Shown here one piece after another: positions 44,518-54,587 of a DNA stretch of 64,000 nt (positions within the stretch are counted from its first letter, which is position 1; every line of letters starts with the position of its first letter). Source of the stretch: Salinispira sp. Lineage in GTDB: Bacteria; Spirochaetota; Spirochaetia; DSM-27196; Salinispiraceae. The DNA is taken from the NCBI GenBank assembly GCA_965226555.1, contig CBDDDG010000014.1:160001-224000 (forward strand), read 5' to 3'. Under the pieces are notes generated by a model. That model worked only from the letters and a program-made list of their open reading frames with translations. It did not search any database and was not told where the DNA came from. The position numbers and the translations under genes are program-made.

Positions 44518-44584
44518 CATTCAGGATGTTACCGGGCTGAGCGATGAGGAAATGCGGACAGTGCGGAACGGGTCGCATTAATTG
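44518..44584 (+). repeat. Orphan Rpn 3' end
   Basis: Matches 28917-28959 and, inverted, 43825-43881. Confidence 0.85.
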
Positions 44585-44653
44585 GGGACAGTCCAAAAGT
44601 TTCTTGTAATGGCATGACGAGTAAAATGGAGATGCTTCATAACCAGAGTATAC

Positions 44654-46837
44654 CTATCTGGATCGTCCTCCCGATCGTCTGCGAGATCGTCCTCCCGAGT
44701 GCCCTCCGGCTCTGGATCGCGTTTCAGAATGCTTTCCCGATCGCGTTTCGGATCGCCCACCGGAATGTTTTCCTGATCGTTTTCGGGAGGATGTATGTTT
44801 ATTTCCCTTTTTCTGTGTTCGCAATAGGGAGAGAATTTCGGGAGAAATACGGGAAAACCAGTCTCTGTTCAGCGGGCTGACACTGCGGGCAAAAGTACGG
44901 GTTGTCTTGACAATCTCACCGGCCACCAGAAAATCCGGAGCATCACGGAACATGGCTGATCCGGGATGAATTTCAATGCGTTCCGCCGTAAGGCTGTGGT
45001 AGGAGGTTCTGCCGGTGCGTATGCAGATAAATTGAATCAGGCCCTTTGCAATTGAGCACATAAATGCTGCCAATAATTCTCCGCGCAGCCAACCTGCTCC
45101 GGCGCGCCCGGCGGAACCAGCACTGTCGGAGCCGACACGCGCGCCCATTTCCTCGACAATTTCACTGAGCTGCTGTTTTACATTGACAATTTCGGACATG
45201 ACCTGAAAGTCAAGATATGCTGTATCGCAGAACGCTTCACGTTTTTTTGCCGTCCTGAATTTCTGGAAGATATGGAGATAACTGACGAAATCGCCTGCGG
45301 GGTCATGGAAACGCCGGTGAGCCTCGCGGGCTGCGTTTTCTTCTCCATGAGGAAGACGGAGGGGGCTGTTGGTCGAAAGAAAGCAGACCGCAATAATTAC
45401 CTCATTGAGAACCTCAGGATAATTCCGCATTGCTTCAACAATAATACGCGAATGACGGGGGATGAGGGGAAATATGGACATCTGCGCCCCGATACTGCTG
45501 AGCGATTTGTCGCTGTTCAAGGCATCCAAATGGATGAGGGTTCTCGTGGCGCTTTCTATGGCAGCCTTTCCGGGTGAGGAAATAAAATCAAAATTTTCAA
45601 AATTCCGAATTCTAAGACCGGCCATCCGCAGGACAACCTCCGACAAATCGGTACGGTAAATTTCTTCCTGCGTGAACGGTTCCTTAAGCGCGCCATGCCG
45701 ATAGAGCCGGTAGCAATCGCCCGGCCCGGTTCGTCCTGCCCGTCCGCGCCGCTGGTCTGCCGATGCCTGCGAAATGTTTTTTTCAATGAGGCTGGAGGTA
45801 TATGTTTGGGAATTATAATAGTTGATCTTTGCCAGGCCGGAATCGATAACGGTATGTATGCCATCGATGGTAATGCTTGTTTCGGCTATGTTGGTTGCGA
45901 TAACGACCTTTATTTTGCCGGGCGGCGGAGGAAGAAAAACCCTATCTTGCTCCTCCTTACTCAGGCGGGCGTAGAGGGGAATAATGTAAAGGCGCCGATG
46001 AAAGGGCTCCGAGGAGAGGGCATGAACACAGTCCTTTATGAGTTTTTCTCCAGAAAGAAAAACGAGTATGTCTTTTCCGGCATGTTCATCGTTTTGATCT
46101 TCGGCGCTGCCGTTGGAGCCGCCATCGTAGTCGCTTATTTTTCCGGCAACAATACCAACGATACGCTCAATGAGCGATTCAGGATCCCCCGGGTTGCGGG
46201 GAGGAGCATATGTCATGTTAATGGGAAAGGTTTGGGTCTTAATGCGTACTATGGGGGCATTGTTGAAATAGCGTGAAAAAATTTCGGTTTTGATGGTGGC
46301 TGAGGAGATGATGATTTTCAGTTTTGGTCGATTTTCCAGAATCTGCTTCAGAAGTCCGAGAATAAAATCGATGTTCAGGCTGCGCTCATGAGCCTCATCA
46401 ATCATGAGTACCGAATAATTACGCAGAATGGGGTCGGCTTTAATTTCCTGAAGGAGAATGCCATCGGTCATAATTTTTATGCGCGTGCGGGGGCTGGTAG
46501 TATCCGCGAAGCGAATTTTATACGCAGCCACATCAGCGGAACTCTGCGAAAATCCGCCGCCATCACCATCATCATCAGCGCCGCCGCCATCAGCGCTGGA
46601 AAATTGACGCTGAATATAGTCTGAAATTCCCACTGCCGCAATGCGCCGGGGTTGAGTAATGCCGATAATCCCATTCCGGTCATATCCCGCTTCATGAAGA
46701 ATGATCGGCAGTTGGGTGGTTTTTCCGCTGCCGGTTGGGCTTTCAACAATAATTACCTGATGGGTTTTGAGAGTATGTAAGATATATTCCCGTTGCTGGT
46801 AAACCGGAAGTTGCTGTGATTTTATATACCCACGCAC
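44654..46837 (-). CDS. hrpA: HrpA-like DEAH-box RNA helicase
   Basis: GSGKTTQ, TQPRR, DEAHER, SAT, TNIAETS, QRRGRAGR. Confidence 0.9.
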   Translation of the reverse strand: MRGYIKSQQLPVYQQREYILHTLKTHQVIIVESPTGSGKTTQLPIILHEAGYDRNGIIGITQPRRIAAVGISDYIQRQFSSADGGGADDDGDGGGFSQSSADVAAYKIRFADTTSPRTRIKIMTDGILLQEIKADPILRNYSVLMIDEAHERSLNIDFILGLLKQILENRPKLKIIISSATIKTEIFSRYFNNAPIVRIKTQTFPINMTYAPPRNPGDPESLIERIVGIVAGKISDYDGGSNGSAEDQNDEHAGKDILVFLSGEKLIKDCVHALSSEPFHRRLYIIPLYARLSKEEQDRVFLPPPPGKIKVVIATNIAETSITIDGIHTVIDSGLAKINYYNSQTYTSSLIEKNISQASADQRRGRAGRTGPGDCYRLYRHGALKEPFTQEEIYRTDLSEVVLRMAGLRIRNFENFDFISSPGKAAIESATRTLIHLDALNSDKSLSSIGAQMSIFPLIPRHSRIIVEAMRNYPEVLNEVIIAVCFLSTNSPLRLPHGEENAAREAHRRFHDPAGDFVSYLHIFQKFRTAKKREAFCDTAYLDFQVMSEIVNVKQQLSEIVEEMGARVGSDSAGSAGRAGAGWLRGELLAAFMCSIAKGLIQFICIRTGRTSYHSLTAERIEIHPGSAMFRDAPDFLVAGEIVKTTRTFARSVSPLNRDWFSRISPEILSLLRTQKKGNKHTSSRKRSGKHSGGRSETRSGKHSETRSRAGGHSGGRSRRRSGGRSR

Positions 46838-47641
46838 TTAAATGAGTGTCCGATAATCTGTGTGATCAGCTTCAACACTTTTGAAATACCTGAATGTTGC
46901 GACTGTGAGTTCGGAAGCAGCTTCTTCATCGCAAATAACGATGGCATGCCGATGAAGTTGGAGGCAGCTGGCAGTCTGGAGATGATTAACTCCATGTTCC
47001 ACAATCTGCGCAAGAGCGCGGGCCTTGCTGTGTCCATTCACGAGCAGTACAACCTCCCGGGCATCCATAATTGTACCGACTCCTACGGTCAGCGCCATTG
47101 TGGGAACAGCATCAATAGTGTTGTCAAAGAAGCGGGAATTCGCGACTCGGGTATCGTGGGTAATTGTTTTTACACGGGTGCGGGAGCTGAGGCTGCTTCC
47201 CGGCTCATTGAATGCGATATGCCCATCGCTCCCAATACCTCCGAGAAAAAGGTCTATTCCTCCGGCTTGCTGAATGGCTTTCTCATAGTTTTCACATTCC
47301 GCTTCTAAATCATCTGCCGTACCGTCGGGAATATGAGTATTTTCCATTTTTATGTCAATATGAGAAAAAAAATGTTCCCTCATGAATCTATGATAACTCT
47401 GCGGGTGTTCATGGCTGAGACCAACATACTCATCCATATTGAAGGTGCTGACATTCTGAAAACTTATAAGTCCCTTATTATGGAAATTGATGAGAGCCGT
47501 ATAGGTTCCGAGAGGAGAAGAGCCTGTGGGCAATCCGAGTACAAAGGGGCGGTCAGCAGTATGCTGCCGTATTTTTCTCATAATATATGCGGCCGCCCAG
47601 AGCCCCATATTTTCATAGCTGTCCTGTATTATTATTCGCAT
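46838..47641 (-). CDS. nagB: Glucosamine-6-phosphate deaminase
   Basis: LGLPTGSSP, FNMDEYVG, DGHIAFNEPG. Confidence 0.96.
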   Translation of the reverse strand: MRIIIQDSYENMGLWAAAYIMRKIRQHTADRPFVLGLPTGSSPLGTYTALINFHNKGLISFQNVSTFNMDEYVGLSHEHPQSYHRFMREHFFSHIDIKMENTHIPDGTADDLEAECENYEKAIQQAGGIDLFLGGIGSDGHIAFNEPGSSLSSRTRVKTITHDTRVANSRFFDNTIDAVPTMALTVGVGTIMDAREVVLLVNGHSKARALAQIVEHGVNHLQTASCLQLHRHAIVICDEEAASELTVATFRYFKSVEADHTDYRTLI

Positions 47642-48858
47642 TATATGCTCCTTCTCCCTGCTATCGGTTTTCCCGTTGCGGTTCGTTTTCGTTGTAGTTC
47701 GTTTTTTTTGAATTCGCCGTCAATTATAGTTGCAATGCATTCAAAATTCTCGTTGAACACTGCTATATCTGCTCTTCGGCCAGGGAACAGATCGCCCAGT
47801 ATGTGGTCGCGGTTCAGAATAGCTGCGGGGGTATGGGTTGCCATGAGTAAGGCATTAGTTACGGATATTCCGCATTCTACTATTTTGGCAACACCCTTAT
47901 TGAGGGTGAGGGAGGATCCGGCCATTACATTGTCGCGTGTGCGGAAAAAGACATTGTTCTCATGGAGATACACTTCTTCATTGTTTGCAAGCAGGCAGCC
48001 TTCTGTCTGTCCGGCAGGACGGATGGAATCGGTAACAAGGCATATTTTGTCTGCTGCCTTTTCCCTGAGCAGCAGTTTGATAATTGCCGGGTGCACGTGT
48101 TCCCCATCGGCAATGAGTTCGCAGGTCATTTCCGGGTGAACAAGAATGGCGCCGACCATGCCCGGATCCCTGTGCAGCATTTCACGCATGGCGTTAAAAA
48201 AGTGAGTTGAATGAGTAATACCGGCTTCCATACCTTCACGCATTTGTTCATATGTGGCGTCTGAATGCCCTGCCTGCAGTACGATGTTTTTTTTCGTGCA
48301 GTACAGCGCAAGCTCGCGCATATTCTTCAGCTCCGGCGCCACTGTCATGTTCGTGATATTGTCTCCTGCAGCCTCTACATAACGGTCCATGAGATCAATA
48401 TCAACCTTTTTCATGTATTCAGCGAGCTGCGCCCCCCGCTTTTTGGGGTTAATAAAGGGTCCTTCTAAATGCATCCCGAGAATATGCGCACCCTTCTCCT
48501 TTCCCATCGCTTCTCTCACAGCATGAATGGAGGCAAAAAAATCTTCGTCCTTTTGAGGATAGATAGTAGGGCAAAATGCGGTTACTCCGTAGTCGACAAG
48601 GGCATCGCTCATACATGTAATTGCTTCCACGCTATGATCGCTTGTTCCATGTCCATGAAGGCCATGGATATGAGTATCAATAAGTCCGGGGCTCAGGTAT
48701 GCGCCGCCAAGATCGTATAATTCAGTTCCATGAGGAAATTGTTTCTGCTCAAAGCGCTTTTTTGAGAAAACATCGGAGATGTATCCATCTTCTATACGTA
48801 TTGCACTCTGATCCAACCGGGTTATTCCGGTAAATATTGTCGCGTTATATAAAACCAT
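47641..48858 (-). CDS. nagA: N-acetylglucosamine-6-phosphate deacetylase
   Basis: PG.ID.HIHG, HLEGPF, APE, THFFNAM, IADGEH. Confidence 0.95.
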   Translation of the reverse strand: MVLYNATIFTGITRLDQSAIRIEDGYISDVFSKKRFEQKQFPHGTELYDLGGAYLSPGLIDTHIHGLHGHGTSDHSVEAITCMSDALVDYGVTAFCPTIYPQKDEDFFASIHAVREAMGKEKGAHILGMHLEGPFINPKKRGAQLAEYMKKVDIDLMDRYVEAAGDNITNMTVAPELKNMRELALYCTKKNIVLQAGHSDATYEQMREGMEAGITHSTHFFNAMREMLHRDPGMVGAILVHPEMTCELIADGEHVHPAIIKLLLREKAADKICLVTDSIRPAGQTEGCLLANNEEVYLHENNVFFRTRDNVMAGSSLTLNKGVAKIVECGISVTNALLMATHTPAAILNRDHILGDLFPGRRADIAVFNENFECIATIIDGEFKKNELQRKRTATGKPIAGRRSI

Positions 48859-48916
48859 ATGATATTGATAAAACTTTCTTTATGTATGTTGACTCTATAA
48901 TTTCTGCGGAGTTTTG

Positions 48917-50131
48917 TCAATTCATATGGTGCGGTTTTTTTCGGGGACGCTCTCGGGTTGCCATATCGTAGGCATAAATTCTGTTACTTTTATCATCCGC
49001 CACCCACATGGTTGTTCCATTCGACCAGATGCCGACTGGATTATCGGGAAGACTGGCGAAATCAATTTTTGATGTATCCCGTTCTCCGCTATTCAACGTA
49101 TAGGCTGCAATTACTTCACGGTCAATATCCATCACCCACATTGTTACTCCATCCGACCAGATGCGCCAAGGATTATGCTCCGCGGTAAAACTTCCATCGG
49201 TGGCTGTCCCGTCATTTATATCATAGGCCTCAATGGGTAGTGTAGAAGTAACTTGTCCTACCCACATCGTTGTGCCATTCGACCAGATCGCCGTGAGAGC
49301 TAGGAATGTGCCGGATGCGGGGATGATTTTTGTAGCATCGTTTTCTTTGGTAATCATGTTATAGGCATAGATTATTCTATCGCCGGAATCTATTACCCAC
49401 ATTGTTGTTCCATTTGACCAGATGTCTCCGGGGTTACTATTCCCATCATCAGTAGCATCCATAGGATCTCCGGTATAAAGCGTGTTAAAATCTTTGGCCT
49501 CGTCGCGTTCCTTCGTAATCATGTTGTAGGCATAGATTTTTTTATCTACACTATCCGATACCCACATTGTTGTTCCATCCGACCAGATACCATAAGGTTC
49601 AGTATTCACGGCGGCAAGTATGAAATCGTCTCGGTGATCCCCTGCGGCAGTATATCCGTCTTTCGCATAACCATATCGGTCGTAGATCATGCCGGTTGCC
49701 CTGTTAATGCCCTCAGCATTAAAGCCGTTTTTGTCGTAGCCGTTTATGTCGTAACCAGCCGGGTTATATATCTCGCCCGTTTCGCGGTGCCGGGCTTCAG
49801 TGTCAAAGCCAGCCGCGTTAAAACCGTCTTTGTCATAGCCATTCGAGTCGTAGCCGTCTTTGTCATAGCCGTCTTCGTCATAACCGTTTCCTGCATAACC
49901 GTCTTTATCATAACCGTCTTTGTCGTAGCCGTTTCCTGCGTAGCCGTCTTTGTCGTAGCCATTCGAGTTGTAGCCGTCTTTGTCATAACCATTCGGGTCG
50001 TAGCGCGTGCCGGTCTCCTGATGAATGCCTGCGTCATTAAAGCCGTTTGCATCATACATTTCGCAGGCAACGAGAAGTACCCCCGCGATAAAAAGCCCTA
50101 TCCCTATGAGCGCATAGTGTCCTGATTTCAT
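48917..50131 (-). CDS. Lipoprotein with GYD-repeat stalk and IWS(D/N)GTTMWV propeller-like repeats
   Basis: Lipobox LVAC, (NG/DG)YDKDG repeats, five WS(D/N)G(T/V)TMWV repeats. Confidence 0.75.
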   Translation of the reverse strand: MKSGHYALIGIGLFIAGVLLVACEMYDANGFNDAGIHQETGTRYDPNGYDKDGYNSNGYDKDGYAGNGYDKDGYDKDGYAGNGYDEDGYDKDGYDSNGYDKDGFNAAGFDTEARHRETGEIYNPAGYDINGYDKNGFNAEGINRATGMIYDRYGYAKDGYTAAGDHRDDFILAAVNTEPYGIWSDGTTMWVSDSVDKKIYAYNMITKERDEAKDFNTLYTGDPMDATDDGNSNPGDIWSNGTTMWVIDSGDRIIYAYNMITKENDATKIIPASGTFLALTAIWSNGTTMWVGQVTSTLPIEAYDINDGTATDGSFTAEHNPWRIWSDGVTMWVMDIDREVIAAYTLNSGERDTSKIDFASLPDNPVGIWSNGTTMWVADDKSNRIYAYDMATRERPRKKPHHMN

Positions 50132-50222
50132 ACAATCACCTCCATAAAATCTTACTCATAGTATAACAGAAAGTTTTGCATTCTGCAAAACTTTATCAAT
50201 GCAAAAGTTTCTATATAGTATA

Positions 50223-51779
50223 TTAACGAGTAAAACGATTGTCAATATATTGTCTGCAGAGGTCAATTGCCGTTTCAATACTAATGTGTTCCCTGCTTTC
50301 TCTGTTTATGAGATCCCGGTAGTTAAGCAGATTTTCGGCAATTTCTGTTTCACCTGCAATAATTCCGAGGGGAATGTGTTTTTTTTCCGCATAGGCGAAT
50401 TGCTGCGCCAACTTACGCTGAACCGGATATATCTCTGTGTTGAGGCCTGCTTTTCGAAATTGGCGGGCAAGGGCAGTGTACCAAGCGAGGTGCTGTTCGC
50501 CCAACATACATATGAGCACATCCGCTGAACGGGCGCCAAAAAATGCCTGAGCCGCAATCCCACTTCCGGCATCGGACTTTGCGGACAGTTCGCCCATCGC
50601 TGCGATGAGCCGGTCAAGACCGATAGAGCTCCCCACACCGGGAAGAGGAGTTTTTGTGTATAATGATGCCAGATCATTGTAACGTCCGCCTGAACAGACC
50701 GAACCGATCTCCGGCAGATCCGTAAGAAATGTTTCATACACAATGCCGGTATAATAGTCCAGCCCGCGGGTAATTGATGGGTCAATGAGAATGTGCTGTG
50801 CGAGCGCGCCGTTGCCGCCCGCGTCCGCGCTTTCTTTGGCGCCGCCGCCCGCGTCCGCTCCGCCCGCGCTTTCAGCGTCTTCTTTGGCAAGTTTCAGAAT
50901 GCTGCGCATTCGCAGGCTGTCATCCGATTCACCGCCCGATAATTCTTCCATGCGGGCAAGAGTCCGTTCATTCCCGTCCGCGCCAGCAGCGCCCTGCCCA
51001 GTCGCTCCCGCGTCCGCGCCGCCCGAGTCCGCGCCGCCCGAGTCCGCGCCGCCCGAGTCCGCGCCGCCCCCACCAGCAACAGCGCCCCCGGCAGCAACAG
51101 CGCCCCCTGCAGCGCCTGCATCAGCCTGAATAAACTCAAGAATTTCAGCGGCAGCCTTTGTGTTTGTAATTGCGCTTAACAGTTCCCGTGTCTTATCCGC
51201 TCCAATTTTTGCCAGCTTATCCACTGCCCTGAGCACCCCGGCATGATCATCCGCATCAATTTTTTTCAGGAAACGGTTAAACATTCCCCGGTGGCTTATG
51301 CGGAAATGCGCCCTCCGCAGCCCCAATGCGCGAAACGATTCATACATGAGCTGAAGAATCTCAAAATCGGCTGCCGCGCTGTCGGCACCGACAATATCAA
51401 AATCGCACTGAATAAATTCACGATACCTGCCCCGCTGAGGATTCTCGCCCCGAAAAACCTTGGCAAAATGATACCGGCGAAAGGGCAGGTAAAGCTCATT
51501 CAGGTGCAGCGCCATATAACGGGCAAGCGGAACGGTAAGATCAAAACGCATGGCAATGTCGCGCCTGCCGCGGTCTTCAAAGCGGTATATTTGCTTGTCG
51601 GTTTCGCCTCCGCCCTTACCGAGGAGAACCTCGCTGTACTCAAGAATTGGCGTGTCGATGGGCACAAAGCCAAATCTCCGGCAGGTATCTTCGAGCGCGC
51701 GCAAAATCTGATGCCTGAAAAGCTCCTGATCAGGCAGCATATCTCTGAAACCCTTCAGGATTTGGGGGGTAATTATCAT
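50223..51779 (-). CDS. hisS: Histidyl-tRNA synthetase with Gly/Ala-rich insertions
   Basis: GFRD, RFDLTVP, GRYREF.QCD, RGLDYYTG, GGRY. Confidence 0.96.
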   Translation of the reverse strand: MIITPQILKGFRDMLPDQELFRHQILRALEDTCRRFGFVPIDTPILEYSEVLLGKGGGETDKQIYRFEDRGRRDIAMRFDLTVPLARYMALHLNELYLPFRRYHFAKVFRGENPQRGRYREFIQCDFDIVGADSAAADFEILQLMYESFRALGLRRAHFRISHRGMFNRFLKKIDADDHAGVLRAVDKLAKIGADKTRELLSAITNTKAAAEILEFIQADAGAAGGAVAAGGAVAGGGGADSGGADSGGADSGGADAGATGQGAAGADGNERTLARMEELSGGESDDSLRMRSILKLAKEDAESAGGADAGGGAKESADAGGNGALAQHILIDPSITRGLDYYTGIVYETFLTDLPEIGSVCSGGRYNDLASLYTKTPLPGVGSSIGLDRLIAAMGELSAKSDAGSGIAAQAFFGARSADVLICMLGEQHLAWYTALARQFRKAGLNTEIYPVQRKLAQQFAYAEKKHIPLGIIAGETEIAENLLNYRDLINRESREHISIETAIDLCRQYIDNRFTR

Positions 51780-52001
51780 GAATTGGAGTCTACCGGAAGC
51801 CCGACTATTTGTACAGATGAGAAATTTTTGATTTTTGCAAAAAATTTCTCATTTTATCATTCAGCATTCATATTTATCCCGTTATATAGGTAGGAACTTT
51901 TGTATAAAGCACAATTTTCCAATAATATGATAGAAACTTTTGCATTGATAAAGTTTGGATCATGAAATGGTTTATGAAAAACACATAAGGGGGAGAGGCA
52001 G

Positions 52002-52922
52002 ATGAACAATGAGTGTATTCTATTGAATGAAGATACGTATGAAGCGCTCAAAAAGATAGAAGATAAGAGGTTTGATTTAGTTATAACATCACCTCCGTAT
52101 AATGTCGGTAAAGAATATGAAACAAAAAAATCCATTGAGGAATATTTAAAGTCTCACAAAAGAGTTATACGTGAACTTGTTCGTGTTGTCAGTGATAAAG
52201 GACATATTTGCTGGCAAGTAGGAAACTATGTAGAAAAGGGTGAAGTTTTTCCGCTGGATATATTCTATTATCAGATTTTCAAAGAATTTAATGTGAAATT
52301 GAGAAATAGAATTATCTGGACATTCGGACATGGACTTCACGCATCAAAGAGATTTTCAGGAAGATACGAAACAATTTTATGGTTTTCTAAAAATGATAAT
52401 TATATATTCAATTTAGATTCTGTGAGAGTTCCATCAAAATATCCTGGCAAGAGACACTATAAAGGTGAGAAAAAAGGGCAGTTGTCAGGAAATCCCTTAG
52501 GAAAAAATCCTTCTGATATGTGGCATATTATAGAAAAGGATTGGACGAATGAAATATGGAACATTCCTAATGTAAAATTTAATCATCCGGAAAAAACGGA
52601 ACATCCCTGTCAGTACCCTGTTGAATTAGTAGAACGCTGTATTCTCGCTTTGACACATAAGGACAGTTGGATTTTAGACCCCTATTCCGGTGTCGGTTCT
52701 ACTGTTATAGCAGGTCTGAAAAATGGAAGAAATGTCATAGGAATTGATAAGGAAAAGAAATATACTGAAATAACGAATGAAAGAATTACCCGTTTAGAAC
52801 AAGGTACACTAAAATTGCGTCCAATAACCAAGAACGTGTATCAACCAACAGGAGCTGAAAAAATTTCCCGGTATCCGGAAGAGTGGAGACAAGATATAAA
52901 AGATGAAAATAAGCCCGTGTGA
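52002..52922 (+). CDS. N4/N6 DNA methyltransferase (beta class); last codons supplied by IS982
   Basis: TSPPY, HPCQYP, LDPYSGVG. Confidence 0.92.
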   Translation: MNNECILLNEDTYEALKKIEDKRFDLVITSPPYNVGKEYETKKSIEEYLKSHKRVIRELVRVVSDKGHICWQVGNYVEKGEVFPLDIFYYQIFKEFNVKLRNRIIWTFGHGLHASKRFSGRYETILWFSKNDNYIFNLDSVRVPSKYPGKRHYKGEKKGQLSGNPLGKNPSDMWHIIEKDWTNEIWNIPNVKFNHPEKTEHPCQYPVELVERCILALTHKDSWILDPYSGVGSTVIAGLKNGRNVIGIDKEKKYTEITNERITRLEQGTLKLRPITKNVYQPTGAEKISRYPEEWRQDIKDENKPV

Positions 52923-54515
52923 GGGTTTTTTGTGTAGTGGCTTGAAAAAAGAGCACCCCTTCCCGTAAAGTATTAAAAAAACCTTACACCAAACGGGAGG
53001 GAAAGGTGCTCAGAGAGGATTTTATCATAGAAATATTCTGTATGATAAGTGATTGGATGAAAATGAATAAAAATAGTATGGAACGGTTGCGATCACGCGG
53101 GCCGAAACCAAAACTTGGCGATGATGAGGTGTTAACCATGGGAATTGTTGGTGAGTTTTTCGGTATTGATACCGACAAAGGTATTCATCGGTATTTTGTC
53201 GAGCATTGGAGAACTCTCTTTCCACATATTGGACATCGGACGGCCTATGTCCGTCAATCAGCGCATCTCTGGGGGATTAAACAGGAACTTCACAAATACA
53301 TCACGCAAACATTGATCTCACAGAGTGCTCCGGTCTATTGCGTTGACGGATTTCCTCTGCCCCTGTGTAATTTCCGCAGAGCGAATCGTTGCAGACTATT
53401 CAAAGGTCAGGCATCGTATGGATTTTGCGCGGCAAAAAACATGCATTATTATGGGTTTAAGGGACATATTCTGATAACCGCCGATGGGCTGATTATCGAC
53501 TATACTCTTACCCCTGCGAATGTCGATGAGAGAGAAGCGGCGGAAGATTTCTGTAACAGTATGCAGGGAATACTTTTAGGCGATAAGGGATACATTGGCA
53601 AAGCGCCGTTCTTTGCGGAACACAATATCGCACTTGAAACACCCGTGAGAAAAAATATGAAACAGATACACAGCCCTGAGCAGATGAGCTGGATGATGAA
53701 TACCCGAAGAATAATTGAAACGGTTATCAGCCAGTTATCAGAACGATTTCATATTCAAAAAATACGGGCGCGGGATATATGGCATTTCACATCCCGATTA
53801 TGGAGAAAACTCCTCGCTCACACTATGGCAGTGTATTTGTGTAAAAAGCATTGCAATTCATGGTTAGAATTTAGACATTTATGCGGTTAAAACCCTCACA
53901 CGGGCTAAAATAGAGAAAACATACTCACACCTAAACGGTGAATAATTTCTGTTAGTTCATAAAAAGAAACTGTATGATGAACTTATGGAAGTTATTTCCT
54001 TAGTTAGTGCAAAAAAATGTAGAACAAAAACCAGTAAGGAAATAAAGAGAAGGGGTCAAAAATTATATAGCCCCATCAGTTTGAATAAAGAGTTTAACCG
54101 ATTGTTTCGTGAAAGAAAATGGTACGAAGACAGATACAACTATCAGATAACTCTTAATCGGGAATTGATTGAGCAATCAATTCTCATGTCTTCAAAGGAA
54201 CAAAAGGAATTTCTTGAAAGTAAGGGTGAGACGCCAATCTATTCCTATAATCAAACAGATTTTGTAAAAGATAAATTAGCAGTAGAGGTTCAGTTCGGAA
54301 AGTATGCCTTTGTCGCATTTGATTTATTTGTAAAACATATGCTGTTCTATTCCGGTAATAAAATTGATGTAGGAATAGAAATACTTCCCACAAAAGAGAT
54401 GACGAAGAAAATGTCATCCGGCATAGGATATTTTGAAGGTGAAGTATATAACCTCATGCGGCAAGGGAGAACAAGTCCGCCTGTTCCCCTGTTCATAATC
54501 GGTATTGAACCCTGA
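52903..54515 (+). pseudogene. BglII/BstYI-family restriction endonuclease, interrupted by IS982 and a nonsense codon
   Basis: MKI|IS|EKTYSHLNGE*FL (TAA 53943-53945); TDFVK..AVEVQFGKY, GIEILP. Confidence 0.85.
52912..53906 (+). mobile_element. IS982-family IS, copy 3 (transposase 53006-53890)
   Basis: Same TIRs, TSD AAAATA; protein identical to copy 2. Confidence 0.93.
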
Positions 54516-54587
54516 AATTATTCATATTTCAAGAAAAACCTCACACGGAGCATTGTTCCGGGGAGCATTGAGGATGATGCAAAGAAA

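Noticed and set aside
54533..54551. Arm G variant resembles the IS982 terminal repeat (AAAACCCTCACACGG)
   Set aside because: The match is short and imperfect, with no TSD or other IS sequence, and it aligns over a longer stretch with the other G arms. Kept as a caveat.
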